Assembly (NCBI GenBank): GCA_041752695.1
Contig: JBGSVZ010000070.1
Span: 1 to 64,000 of the forward strand
Direction: 5' to 3'
DNA length: 64,000 bases
Origin: Terrimicrobiaceae bacterium
GTDB lineage: Bacteria > Verrucomicrobiota > Verrucomicrobiia > Chthoniobacterales > Terrimicrobiaceae
Position numbers and translations under genes: made by a program. Below, in pieces: positions 17,284-27,342 of this stretch. How positions within the stretch are numbered: the first letter of the stretch is position 1; each line of letters begins with the position of its first letter. Below the pieces are notes generated by a model, which was not told the DNA's origin, did no database searches, and saw only the letters and a program-made list of their open reading frames with translations.

Positions 17284-19749
17284 TCAGGCAAAATCCCTTG
17301 GCCTCAAGGTTCGCTCCTCGCCGACGCGAAACATAATGCTGCACGTCCGGCTGCCGTAGCCGAACTCGCGGAATCCAGGACTTCGCGCCAGGATACTTGC
17401 CTCGACCAGAAGCCCTCCCGACCACCGGATTGATGCCTCAATGCCGCCGCGGGCGAGCAACCCACGCACAGTCCCCTCTGACCACTCTCGAGGCAGGGAG
17501 GGAAGGAGTCTGATCACGCCGTCATGGCTCTGGAGGAGCATTTCGCAAACCGCTGCCGTGAATCCAAAGTTGGCATCAATCTGAAAAGGCGGGCAGGCGG
17601 CAAACAGGTTCGGATAAACTCCTCCCACATTGACGTCGCCATCGCCTCCCAGATCGGCCCCCGCATTGTTTCGCTCAGCCGGCAGGAGGAGCGCAAGAAG
17701 GCAGTCAGCGGCTTTCTCTGGCTCCCCGAGCCGGGCAAAAATCGCGGCCTTCCATGCCTGCGACCAGCCGGTTCCCCCGGCTCCGCGCAATTTGAGCGAA
17801 CGGAAGGCCGCTCGCTGGAGATCCGGCGTTTTCGAATGAATTTGTGATCCCGGGAAAACCCCGAAAAGGTGGGAGACGTGCCGGTGATGGTCATCCGGAC
17901 GATCCCAGTCCTCGGCCCACTCCTGCAATTGCCCGTGCTGCCCGATGCGAAACGGGCGCAGCCGCTTGCCAGCAGAAACCAACTTTTCCGAAAACCCCGC
18001 ATCGCCGCAGATCAGCGCGGCCTGCCCGGTCGCCGAGAACAACTCCCGGAGGATGGAAAGATCCATCGTGGCACCGGCACTCACACTGCCCGTCCGTCCG
18101 TCCGGAGTGACAAAGTCATTTTCGGGCGAGGTCGAGACCGGTGTCACCAACCACCCGTCGTCGCCCTGGGTCAACCACCCGAGATAAAACTCGCACGCGC
18201 CCTTCATCAACGGATAGGCGCGTTCACAAAGGAACTTTTCGTCTCCGAAAAAAAGGTAATGCTCCCACAAGTGGCAGCAAAGCCATCCGCTCCCCATCGG
18301 CCAAAATGCGGTGCGTGCGATGTTGTCCACCGGATCGGTCTTGCGCCAGACGTCGGTGTTGTGATGGAGCACCCAGCCGGGAAGCCCGTAGCTTTTTTCC
18401 GCGGTGATTCGCCCATTCAAAGCGCATTCCTCGATAAGCCGAAACAGCGGTTCGTGGCACTCGGGCAGGTTTGCCGGGCCTGCCGGCCAGTAGTTCATCT
18501 CGAGGTTGATGTTGGTCGTATACGCCGATGCCCACGGCGGCGTGATCTCCTCGTTCCAAATACCCTGGAGGTTCGCGGGATGACGGCACGTGGGATGGCT
18601 CGAGGCGATGAGCAGGTAACGTCCGAAGTGGAAAAGCACCTCCGTCAGCCTCAAAGTGCTGGCCGGATCGCCTCTCCACTCGCGGCTATTGGGAGAACTG
18701 GCCCGGCCAGCAAGGGAAAATTGGACCCGATCGAACAGGCGGCGGTGCTCGAGGACATGGTCCGCACGTATTCCGTCGTAGTCGTGACCCCGTACTCTTT
18801 CGAGCGCTCGTCTGACCTCCCTCTTCGGGTCGCAATCGGCCGGAGCGTCAAAAGAGACGTAGCTGCTCGCGGCGGCCAAGACGATCACCGCATCCGTCGC
18901 TCCGGATATCTGCAGGGCATCGTCCCGGACGGTTACATCGCCTCCGCCGTTTAGGCGCACGTTGAGCCCGGCGCAAAACTCCAAGCCCTTAGGGTATCCG
19001 GTCAGGTCATAAGTCACCGGCCTGGCTCCCGGACGGAGACGGCCCAACTCATCATAGACCTCCGGGTATTTTCCCTGATCCCCATGGGCCTCAATCCATT
19101 CCCAACTGCGCCTCAGGCAGATCGCCGGGAGATGCCCGGCGATTTGCAACTCCGGCTCCGACGCAAGGGTTTCCACCGGATGGGGCGAAGCCAGGCGGAT
19201 CTGGAAATTCAAACGTCCGGGATCCCCGGCCCGAAGCCTCACCACCAGCACTCCGTGCACTGCACTTGCCAAATACTCCCGTTCGTGACGACATCCGTCC
19301 CCGTCCGTCAACTCAACCCGCACCAGACCGGAATCCATTTCCAGCGTGCTTTGATAATCCGAGAATTCCCCGGCTCCCTCAAACCTGATAGAGAGATCGC
19401 CGAGGGGTTGGTAGCACTCTTGGCCCCGGCCAAGCAAGTGACTGCTGACCTCCCGGTCCGCTTTCTCAAACTCCCCACGATGGAGCAATTCCTGAACTTG
19501 ACCAAGACGGCCCTGCACATCGGGCTGCCCCTGAGGCAACGGATAGCCCGCATAAAGGGACTCTTCGTTCAGGGCGATCCGGTCCACAGGATGCCCGCCG
19601 AAGACCATGGCTCCAAGTTGTCCATTGCCCAGCGGCCATGCCTCGGTCCAGAGCTTTGCAGGTGCTCCCGCCGTGAGGTCAAAAGGACGACCGACCCGAG
19701 GAGATTGCGAGGCTAGGATTGCGTCCGGTGCCATGGGTGCGGAACTCAT
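17284..19749 (-). CDS. Glycoside hydrolase family 95 (alpha-L-fucosidase/alpha-L-galactosidase)
   Basis: EAWPLGNGQLGAMVFG, YQPLGDL, FGRYLLIASS, PANLQGIWN, YTTNINLEMNYW, STSPEN, HRHVSHL, PFQIDANFG. No signal peptide. Confidence 0.96.
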   Translation of the reverse strand: MSSAPMAPDAILASQSPRVGRPFDLTAGAPAKLWTEAWPLGNGQLGAMVFGGHPVDRIALNEESLYAGYPLPQGQPDVQGRLGQVQELLHRGEFEKADREVSSHLLGRGQECYQPLGDLSIRFEGAGEFSDYQSTLEMDSGLVRVELTDGDGCRHEREYLASAVHGVLVVRLRAGDPGRLNFQIRLASPHPVETLASEPELQIAGHLPAICLRRSWEWIEAHGDQGKYPEVYDELGRLRPGARPVTYDLTGYPKGLEFCAGLNVRLNGGGDVTVRDDALQISGATDAVIVLAAASSYVSFDAPADCDPKREVRRALERVRGHDYDGIRADHVLEHRRLFDRVQFSLAGRASSPNSREWRGDPASTLRLTEVLFHFGRYLLIASSHPTCRHPANLQGIWNEEITPPWASAYTTNINLEMNYWPAGPANLPECHEPLFRLIEECALNGRITAEKSYGLPGWVLHHNTDVWRKTDPVDNIARTAFWPMGSGWLCCHLWEHYLFFGDEKFLCERAYPLMKGACEFYLGWLTQGDDGWLVTPVSTSPENDFVTPDGRTGSVSAGATMDLSILRELFSATGQAALICGDAGFSEKLVSAGKRLRPFRIGQHGQLQEWAEDWDRPDDHHRHVSHLFGVFPGSQIHSKTPDLQRAAFRSLKLRGAGGTGWSQAWKAAIFARLGEPEKAADCLLALLLPAERNNAGADLGGDGDVNVGGVYPNLFAACPPFQIDANFGFTAAVCEMLLQSHDGVIRLLPSLPREWSEGTVRGLLARGGIEASIRWSGGLLVEASILARSPGFREFGYGSRTCSIMFRVGEERTLRPRDFA

Positions 19750-21158
19750 GAAATAGCCGGATGGCCCCCCGGTTCGGGAGGTTGGTAGTTTTTCGGTCCT
19801 CCAAGTTGCAGGAACTGCCGGTAGACGGCGACGAGCACTCCAAGGCCGAGTAGCGCCAGCCCGCCACCGATGACAAACGTCAGGCGATAGTTGTGTCCGC
19901 TCGCGTCGAGAATGAGGCCCACCACCGGAGGCAGGAGCGCCCCTACGCCCGCCTGCAGCAGCATCGCGGCGGAGGCAAATTGCGCGAATTTCAGCTTCGG
20001 ATAAAGCCGCTGTCCCACCGAGGCCATCGCCGTGAAATAGAAACCCGAAATAATGTTGTGAGCCAGAAATGCCAGACCGAATCCCCGGGTGTCCGTGCCC
20101 CAGACCGCACCGCCGACCGCGACCAACACATAGACGACCATCGCCCCGATGCCCAACCGGAGGGGGTGAAAACGGTCGGCCAGAGCGCCGATAAAATATG
20201 CCAGAACCAGGGAGACGCCATAGGAGACAGCCACATACTGACCATAAGTCTCCATGTTCATTCCCAGACTTTTCGCATAAAAGACATTGAAGGCATTAAT
20301 CGGCTGGAACGAAAAAACGCACAGGACGGTTCCCACGAAAATCCAGAAATAAAATGGGGTGGTGAAGCACTCACGAAAGTAGGCTTTCACCTGTTCCCAC
20401 CGCCCCGGCCGCTCGCCCTCCTCCATCGCCTCGGGTGGCGGATACTCCCCCTCTTTGACATTGAGGCACATCAGGGTGAACCCAATCCCATAAAAAAGTC
20501 CGGTGCCCAGAAACACCCAGACAAAGTACTCCTCCGCGTGCTGCACGATAAGAGTGTTGAAGAGGATGCCATCAATCAGGCTCACCATCCGGAACATTCC
20601 GAAAAATCTTCCCATGACCTCTTGGGGAACGACATCGTTGATCAGTCCGCCGACCACGGAATTTGCCATGATCGAAAAAGCCTCAAAGACACACCAGAAC
20701 ACGGCAAAAGTTGCGAGCACGCTGGGACCAAGCCCCGGGGAACTTTCACCCAGCCAGGCGTGGAGACGACCGCCCAGCGCCGGCGCAAAGGCCAGCCCCG
20801 CCATGGAGACCACGACGAACGGAAGAGGTACCAAAAGAAAGGGAATCCGCCGTCCCCAGCGACCCCGGTGCCGGTCGGAACGCACCGATACGATCGGACC
20901 AAGAATCATTCCGATGGCACTCGGGACAGACCCGATCAGAAGCCCGGCAAAAAAATTACTCGCTTCAAATTTTTTCAACACGAGCTGCGCCGTTACGGTC
21001 ACGGAGCGTTCCTTGAGCTGCCACGCGAAATCTCCGAAGAGCAGCCAGCAGAAAAGAACCGCCAGCCCCGCCCCGGAATAAACAAGGGTCCCCGCTCGCC
21101 AGGTTTTCGAAACAGCCTTGCCGCAAGAGGGATGTTCTGGGGGTGAGCCCACGTTCAT
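19746..21158 (-). CDS. MFS transporter (sugar/oligosaccharide, GPH-like)
   Basis: SDRHRGRWGRRIPFL loop motif; about 12 TM segments; translationally coupled to both neighbours. Confidence 0.88.
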   Translation of the reverse strand: MNVGSPPEHPSCGKAVSKTWRAGTLVYSGAGLAVLFCWLLFGDFAWQLKERSVTVTAQLVLKKFEASNFFAGLLIGSVPSAIGMILGPIVSVRSDRHRGRWGRRIPFLLVPLPFVVVSMAGLAFAPALGGRLHAWLGESSPGLGPSVLATFAVFWCVFEAFSIMANSVVGGLINDVVPQEVMGRFFGMFRMVSLIDGILFNTLIVQHAEEYFVWVFLGTGLFYGIGFTLMCLNVKEGEYPPPEAMEEGERPGRWEQVKAYFRECFTTPFYFWIFVGTVLCVFSFQPINAFNVFYAKSLGMNMETYGQYVAVSYGVSLVLAYFIGALADRFHPLRLGIGAMVVYVLVAVGGAVWGTDTRGFGLAFLAHNIISGFYFTAMASVGQRLYPKLKFAQFASAAMLLQAGVGALLPPVVGLILDASGHNYRLTFVIGGGLALLGLGVLVAVYRQFLQLGGPKNYQPPEPGGHPAIS

Positions 21159-22165
21159 CAGGCAAGATAGGCCAGGAGCTCACGCTTGACGTTGTGGGTC
21201 AAAGGACGGTTCAAGAGAAACTGACCGAGTTCCTCAACCATCCATCGTCCCATCCTTGCGATTTCCCTCTCCATGCTGCCAGAAATGTGAGGCGTCATCA
21301 CCACATTGGGAAGGCGGAACAACGGCGACTCCGGGTCCGGCGGGTCCGGGTCAGTCACGTCAAGGACGGCGGTCAGATCCGACCGTCGTCGCAGGATATC
21401 GCAAAGTTCGCTCTCCACAATCACGGCACCCCTTGCCGTATTGATAAGCGTCGCTCCCGATTTCATCAGCCCGAGTAAATTTCCGTCAATCATGCCGCAG
21501 GTTTCGGGCAGCACGGGGGCATGGATCGATACGACATCGGAAAGCCGGAAAACGTCTTCCAGCGAAACCATGGTCACCCCTAGATCGCTTGCTGTTTCCG
21601 GCGAGACAAAAGGGTCGAACGCAATCAGACGGCAGTCCAAGTGGGATAGTCGCTCGGCCGTCAGGCGCCCAGTCGCTCCCAGGGAAACGATCCCGATCGT
21701 AGAGCGGTATGTTCCGGCCACCGGGATCGTTCGATTCCAGGAATGTCGCTCGCGGGCGGCCCGGGAATAGGCCCAAAACTGCTTGAGACTCAACAGAATC
21801 GCGGCCGCTGCATACTCGGCTACCGGGAGCGCATTTGCCATCCTCGCGCTAAAGATCAGAACGTCTCTCTCATAAGCCTCCTCGGTCGCGAAGCATTTGA
21901 CCGAACCTGCCGCATAAAAGACCGCCCGAAGATTCGGCATCGCGGCGAGAAAATCCGGCGTGAGCACCGGCATGCCCCAGGTGGACATAATCACCTCGGC
22001 CCGCCCGAGTTCGGCGCCGTGCGCCCTCCAACTCTCTCCGGGAATGTCCGGACCCAGGATCTCCACCCGCGCAAAGATTTCGCTGCGGAGAGCGGGCGGA
22101 TAGGCCAGCGCCAACCGAGCGGGAATACCCATAAATACTGCGCATGGACGGGACGGAGAGTACAT
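21158..22165 (-). CDS. D-isomer-specific 2-hydroxyacid dehydrogenase family protein
   Basis: FYAAGSVK, VAEY, IGIVSLGATG, VVSIHAP, LINTARG, VVMTPHISG. Start uncertain (22165 or 22132). Confidence 0.92.
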   Translation of the reverse strand: MYSPSRPCAVFMGIPARLALAYPPALRSEIFARVEILGPDIPGESWRAHGAELGRAEVIMSTWGMPVLTPDFLAAMPNLRAVFYAAGSVKCFATEEAYERDVLIFSARMANALPVAEYAAAAILLSLKQFWAYSRAARERHSWNRTIPVAGTYRSTIGIVSLGATGRLTAERLSHLDCRLIAFDPFVSPETASDLGVTMVSLEDVFRLSDVVSIHAPVLPETCGMIDGNLLGLMKSGATLINTARGAVIVESELCDILRRRSDLTAVLDVTDPDPPDPESPLFRLPNVVMTPHISGSMEREIARMGRWMVEELGQFLLNRPLTHNVKRELLAYLA

Positions 22166-22295
22166 CTGAAATTTATTTTTCCCCGCGCCTGAGCCCGAGC
22201 CACGGACGGGCCCCAACAAAACGATTTGGTGGGAGACACACGCGCTTCATTGTGGGGATTTCGCTAAAAGCTTGGCAGAACGACCACAAAATCCG

Positions 22296-22323
22296 TTGAC
22301 AAATCAACGATATGAATAACAAT
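22296..22323 (+). promoter_or_regulatory. Sigma70-like promoter of the LacI gene overlapped by the CAACGATATGA motif
   Basis: TTGACA (22296-22301), 16-nt spacer containing CAACGATATGA (22305-22315), AACAAT (22318-22323). Confidence 0.5.
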
Positions 22324-22348
22324 GCCTCCGAGGGTCACCTAAGAGTCG

Positions 22349-23413
22349 ATGCCAAATCATTCCCCGAAAATGCAGCCGGTCACGATGGCGCAGATTGCGA
22401 AGAAGCTTCAGGTGGACCAATCTACCGTTTCGCTGGCACTGCGCAACAGCCCGCGAATTTCCGGGCCAACCCGGGATCGCATCAAGAAGGCCGCAGAGGC
22501 ACTTGGCTACAAACCCAACCCGTTCGTTTCGGCCCTGATGCGCATGCGGAGGGGGCGCAACAAAAACCCGGGAATTCCTGTGATCGCCTGGATCTCAAAT
22601 TGGGAAAAATCGGATTCCTGGATGCAAGTGCCCTACTTTAAGGCTGTCTATCAGGGAGCCGAAGACCGGCTTCGGGAAAACGGTTTCCGGCTGGAGCATT
22701 TCTGGATGGATGAGAAAAATGTCAGCCCCGCACGGTTTAGCTCAATTCTTTGGAACCGGGGGATCACCGGCCTCCTCCTCGCCCCCGTGCCCAACGACAA
22801 GCCGGACGCGAACCTGGACTGGGAGAAGTTTTCCGCGGTGGCTATTGGGTTGAGCATCCATTCGCCGGATTTGGATCGGGTGGACAGCGCCCACTACGAC
22901 GCCATCACCGTGGCCCTCCAGCGCTGCCGCGAGTTGGGCTACAAGCGGATTGGACTCGCCATGGACGAACTCACACTGGCTCGCTTCGACCAACGTTTTC
23001 TTGCCAGCTACCTGGTAAATGGCCCGCAACTCAAGTCCGGGAGACAACTGGAGGTTTTTCGCCAGACCATCGAGACCAAAGAAGGACAGAAAGCCTTTCA
23101 AGCGTGGTTCCGGCGCGAGCGGCCCGAAGTCATCATCACGCTCTCGAAGCAGATCGCCGAAATCCAGAGAGTGGCGCTGCACCAAATCAACATCAGGGTG
23201 CCCGAGGATGTGGGGCTCGTCATCCTGAGCTGCCACGCTGTGGACGACCCCTTCAGCGGTATCTACCAATTTCCCGAATTAATCGGGGCTCAGGCAGCTG
23301 ATCTGCTCGTCCGCAAGGTCCTCCGCAACGAATGCGGCATTCCACAACATTCTCTCACATTTACGATCAGTGGCATCTGGAACCCGGGAATGACCACCCG
23401 TCGGGCAACTTAA
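22349..23413 (+). CDS. LacI-family transcriptional regulator
   Basis: VTMAQIAKKLQVDQSTVSLALRN, ALGYKPN, RVPEDVG. The start may be 22370. Confidence 0.93.
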   Translation: MPNHSPKMQPVTMAQIAKKLQVDQSTVSLALRNSPRISGPTRDRIKKAAEALGYKPNPFVSALMRMRRGRNKNPGIPVIAWISNWEKSDSWMQVPYFKAVYQGAEDRLRENGFRLEHFWMDEKNVSPARFSSILWNRGITGLLLAPVPNDKPDANLDWEKFSAVAIGLSIHSPDLDRVDSAHYDAITVALQRCRELGYKRIGLAMDELTLARFDQRFLASYLVNGPQLKSGRQLEVFRQTIETKEGQKAFQAWFRRERPEVIITLSKQIAEIQRVALHQINIRVPEDVGLVILSCHAVDDPFSGIYQFPELIGAQAADLLVRKVLRNECGIPQHSLTFTISGIWNPGMTTRRAT

Positions 23414-26400
23414 GGAAATTTCTTGGTATTGAGGATGCGGAACTTGTAGAGCGCATCCAGGCTCCCAGGGACAGTCGCATAGTCCACCAACCGCGGGTCG
23501 GCCGGATCCAGAAACCGTTCGATCATCGCGGATCCCCGGTATTCCCCGATGACCCTGTCTTTTGTTTCATCCCACTGGGCGGGATCGGTCGACTTGGATT
23601 TCCGGAGAGCCTGAACGCGCAGATGGACCGTGTAGACATTGGAACGCGTGGTGAGCTTGGCGTAGAGATTCGTATAAGGCCGCTCCCTGGCATTTTCTCC
23701 CGTGATCAGGGCGTTGTCCCAGATGGTCCCACTAATGTAGTCGTTCAAGGACTCGTTTTCGCGAACCAAATGCAACTCGCAGATCTCGGTTGCCGAGCGG
23801 AAAATGTCCGGGTTTGCCTGGAAGCGCGAATCGTAGACCCCTGTCCCGTTAAAACGGTCGTCCGCCTGCTTGAGCGTTTCAACCATGTTAATCGGACGGC
23901 GCAGCTTGTCGAACGGAGCTTGGCCGGTGAATAGCTTGTCCCAATCGGAGCTGACTTGGGAGTCTTGGGATTTGGCATCGTTGGGATATAGGTCATCATT
24001 GGTGTGCTCTTTCCAAAGCTTGTAAATTTTGGAACCAGAATTGGGGAGCACCAGCGGCTGCTCGGACTTGAATGCCCCATAAAGAGCGGTCGCCCGACGG
24101 ATATAGTTAAATGGAGCGATCTGATAGTTGAGGTTAACTTTTCCCGCCGTCGAAAAAGGTTCACTAATAGCGTAGGGCTCGATGACAGGCATCCAGAACA
24201 GGTCCATGATCAGGTGATCCTTGGGCGACTGCGCACCAGGGTGGCTGCCGCTCTGGGTCAGCTCACTGCTCGGGGTATGTGGCCGGAAGAGAAGAGTTTC
24301 CCACGGACGGTTGCGCTTCACACCCGTCGGCAGCGAACCGAACATGCCGGCGGAGGGTACAAGACGGCTGGGTGAAAATAAATTTTCCTTGGCCGTGTCG
24401 ATGTCAAAATCCCAACCAAAATACGGAAAGGTGGTGCTGGTGGACGAAACGTTTCCTTCGTCCGGTTTGTTGATGTAGGCCCCATCGCTTACGTAACCAA
24501 ATCCATTGTCGAAATCGTTCCACTGATTGAAACTCTTCCCTGCACCTGGACGGATTTGGGGCAATCGGGAGTAGTGATAGCGCACCTGCCCTGAGGGAAC
24601 CAACTGGTCGGTGAGGGCTGTTCCGCGAATGGGGACAACGCCGGGCGCATCACCGGGAAGCGAGTTGGCGGGATTGGGGCCGGGTTCGTTGGAGAACCCA
24701 AACAGCAGGTGCGGCCCTTCCGGCTCGGACAGGATATGGTCAAACCGCACCTGGGTGTCCTTGTAATTGTTTCCGTCGATGAAGAGGGCTGATGGGTCGG
24801 CCGACGCAGCCACGAGGCGTAAGTCGCCATGCTCTGGGACCACTGTTCGCACCACATCCTCGGCGCGGAAGATACTGCCCATCTTAAACCCAGGCTGCTT
24901 GGTTGTGCCGAATGACCCCCATCGCCGGATCGGGTCGGAATACTCTAGTCCGGGAGCCTGAGGATCAAATTGTGCCAGAATATACCGGCCATTGTAAGGA
25001 ATCGCCGCGGTACCTGCCACTGGATCAGCCGGCTTTGTCCATTTTGTTAATGACCACCACTGTTCGAGATCGGTCTTCCCATCCCGCCACGGGGTCGTTG
25101 GGGTGGTGACTAACATGGGAATGGGGAGATCTGCGGGAGGAAAATTGATCGTGAAGGTCTGGATCAAATTTGAGGAGGCCGGCGCCAATGGCCGGTTGAA
25201 TGTCGCGGATTCTCCGGAATAGACCTCAACAACCACGCTTCCTCCGGAAAATGCCATGGTCGTTTTGCCAAGACCGCCTACAGCGACAAGTTTGCTTACA
25301 GGAATTTTCGCCCAACCGAACTCCTTGATGGGACCACGGATGCCAGCGGAGCCCCCCCAGGAGCGTCCATTGGAGTGCGTGACACCCCGGGTGAAGCCCG
25401 AGTCAAAATTCACATCATTGGGAGGGAAGGATGATAATATCTGCGTCGTTGTGGAAAACAACGGGAGGCCGCCATCGAGCGTCATGGCATTTTGAAAGGT
25501 GATTTTGTAATAGATGGCCTCTTGGAGCTGATAAAAGCCCACACTCGGGCTGAAGGGTTCGAAGAAAAAGCCTACCTCGACGGCGCTCTCACCCGGCTTT
25601 AGATTGAGAGTAGTTACTGCTGGGTCGTTCCGGCCAGTCAATGTCCCACTGGATGAATTTGCGGTTGCTGCAGAAATGAAATGAAGTCCAAATTGGGAAA
25701 TCGTGTGGAAGCGTCCCAGGCCCCTGGTAGAGCCGATTTTGATGGGAGCCACCTGACCGAAGGGCGCATAAACGTTGGGTTGACTATCATTCCGAAGCGC
25801 CTTCCCGGTTCCGTCCCTTTTCACCAGTAGTGGGTCACGCAGATTGGTGCTGCGAATGTAATCGAAAATTTCTGTGAGAACCTGATCTCGGTCGGCACCC
25901 CATTTGGTGGAGAAGCTGCCGCCATGCCCTGGAACGGGCCGGCTTGTTAGGTCCTGCAGGTAGTTATACAACTCCTCGTTTCTTGAGATGGTGTCAAAAT
26001 CGTCTGTTGGACTAAATGGATTCTCCCGCTGAAAGGAGAACGGATACTTATTTTCTCCGATGGTCGAACAAAAGAGAGTTAGGTTGTCGTAGGCGGTTCG
26101 CTTGGCGGCATCCGCGGGAACCGGCCAGATGGAAACACGGGGTTTGCCGAACAGATTCACCTCCGGAGCACGGCTGTTGGCGGTCAAAAAGAACCGTGCC
26201 TTTTCCAAGGTCGCCTGAAACTGCACATTTGCCGGACGGGAGGCTCCGGAGGAAGAGGGGTAGGCAAAGATGGCTTCATCGACGCTGGCGAAGAGGCGGT
26301 CCTGGTCAGGAGTGACCGGTAAAAACACGGGGTCCGTGACCGCAATCGACGCTGCCTTTGACCCGCCCCATTGACCCCGGGGGACCAGGTCGTAGATGGA

Positions 26401-27342
26401 CTGCATCTGCGCGGTAGTCAGGTTGCTGGTTGTGCCGGGGAACAACACCGGGCTGAGCGCGGTTGTGAACGGGTGACCGGGGAATCGCTGGTATTCCTTC
26501 TGCGCCGGCTGGTATTTTCCAAAGTTCAAATCCTGGAGAGTTACTGCCATGGGCGAAGCCCAGGGTGTTGGTTCTGAAGCGGTGTTTAGGTTAAGCTTAC
26601 AACTCTCATCGTCGGTCCAGAACGCAATCCGACCTACGATAGGATTGGTCGCACTGGGCGCGGGCGTGGAAGTCGACCAACTCGCAATCTTTCCGGTCGC
26701 ATCCACGCTGGAGGGTGCAGTCAGGGCCCCGCTCTTCAAAACGTAGAGCCATTTCACGGGCATGGGCGCCGGGTTCGCACCGGAACCGGCCGGATTATTG
26801 GCGGGATCATTCGTGAGCGAAAACCCGTCGGCTATCGCCGTCGGATCGACAATGGGAAAAAGATTGGCGGTGCCGGAAGCATCGGGGCTCGGCGAGTTAA
26901 GATCGGTGAAGATCGCCGGCTGATTGATCCAGTCGGTCACGGAGGCGCCGGCACTGGCTTTGAGGTCATCGCTCAGTTCGTAGCTGGGGATATCCGTCAC
27001 GACCATTTTGTCCGAGGAATAGAGTTTGTAGAGAGCCTGTTTCTTTCCGCTACTATCATAGGTCCTGATCATTCCAGGCTGCGAAGCCCAGGCGATGTCT
27101 GCCCCGGTGGTGCCCGCCTTGATCTGGCCCATGGCGTAACTAAGGGCCGAGTCGGACAATTGCCTGGTCACCGCTCCGTCGGCATAACTGCTGGAAGCGG
27201 ACCGGTTGAGGTTGGCACTCGCAAAAAAGGCCACCAGCAGTCCTGATAGCAGCACAAGTACCACCAGGACAAGGACCAGAGCCATCCCCCTTTTCGAGAC
27301 TGCGGAGTTCAGACGATTCAGGTCTTTTGGTGTCGGCTCCAT
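23410..27342 (-). CDS. Verru_Chthon cassette protein A (large PilX/GspK-like pilin)
   Basis: 1310 aa; KRG-MALVLVL prepilin-like N-terminus without Glu5; WASQPGMIRTY, PMPVKWLYV, GRIAFWTDDESCKLNLNTASE, EPFSTAGKVNLNYQI, EYRGSAMIERFLDP. Confidence 0.93.
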   Translation of the reverse strand: MEPTPKDLNRLNSAVSKRGMALVLVLVVLVLLSGLLVAFFASANLNRSASSSYADGAVTRQLSDSALSYAMGQIKAGTTGADIAWASQPGMIRTYDSSGKKQALYKLYSSDKMVVTDIPSYELSDDLKASAGASVTDWINQPAIFTDLNSPSPDASGTANLFPIVDPTAIADGFSLTNDPANNPAGSGANPAPMPVKWLYVLKSGALTAPSSVDATGKIASWSTSTPAPSATNPIVGRIAFWTDDESCKLNLNTASEPTPWASPMAVTLQDLNFGKYQPAQKEYQRFPGHPFTTALSPVLFPGTTSNLTTAQMQSIYDLVPRGQWGGSKAASIAVTDPVFLPVTPDQDRLFASVDEAIFAYPSSSGASRPANVQFQATLEKARFFLTANSRAPEVNLFGKPRVSIWPVPADAAKRTAYDNLTLFCSTIGENKYPFSFQRENPFSPTDDFDTISRNEELYNYLQDLTSRPVPGHGGSFSTKWGADRDQVLTEIFDYIRSTNLRDPLLVKRDGTGKALRNDSQPNVYAPFGQVAPIKIGSTRGLGRFHTISQFGLHFISAATANSSSGTLTGRNDPAVTTLNLKPGESAVEVGFFFEPFSPSVGFYQLQEAIYYKITFQNAMTLDGGLPLFSTTTQILSSFPPNDVNFDSGFTRGVTHSNGRSWGGSAGIRGPIKEFGWAKIPVSKLVAVGGLGKTTMAFSGGSVVVEVYSGESATFNRPLAPASSNLIQTFTINFPPADLPIPMLVTTPTTPWRDGKTDLEQWWSLTKWTKPADPVAGTAAIPYNGRYILAQFDPQAPGLEYSDPIRRWGSFGTTKQPGFKMGSIFRAEDVVRTVVPEHGDLRLVAASADPSALFIDGNNYKDTQVRFDHILSEPEGPHLLFGFSNEPGPNPANSLPGDAPGVVPIRGTALTDQLVPSGQVRYHYSRLPQIRPGAGKSFNQWNDFDNGFGYVSDGAYINKPDEGNVSSTSTTFPYFGWDFDIDTAKENLFSPSRLVPSAGMFGSLPTGVKRNRPWETLLFRPHTPSSELTQSGSHPGAQSPKDHLIMDLFWMPVIEPYAISEPFSTAGKVNLNYQIAPFNYIRRATALYGAFKSEQPLVLPNSGSKIYKLWKEHTNDDLYPNDAKSQDSQVSSDWDKLFTGQAPFDKLRRPINMVETLKQADDRFNGTGVYDSRFQANPDIFRSATEICELHLVRENESLNDYISGTIWDNALITGENARERPYTNLYAKLTTRSNVYTVHLRVQALRKSKSTDPAQWDETKDRVIGEYRGSAMIERFLDPADPRLVDYATVPGSLDALYKFRILNTKKFP

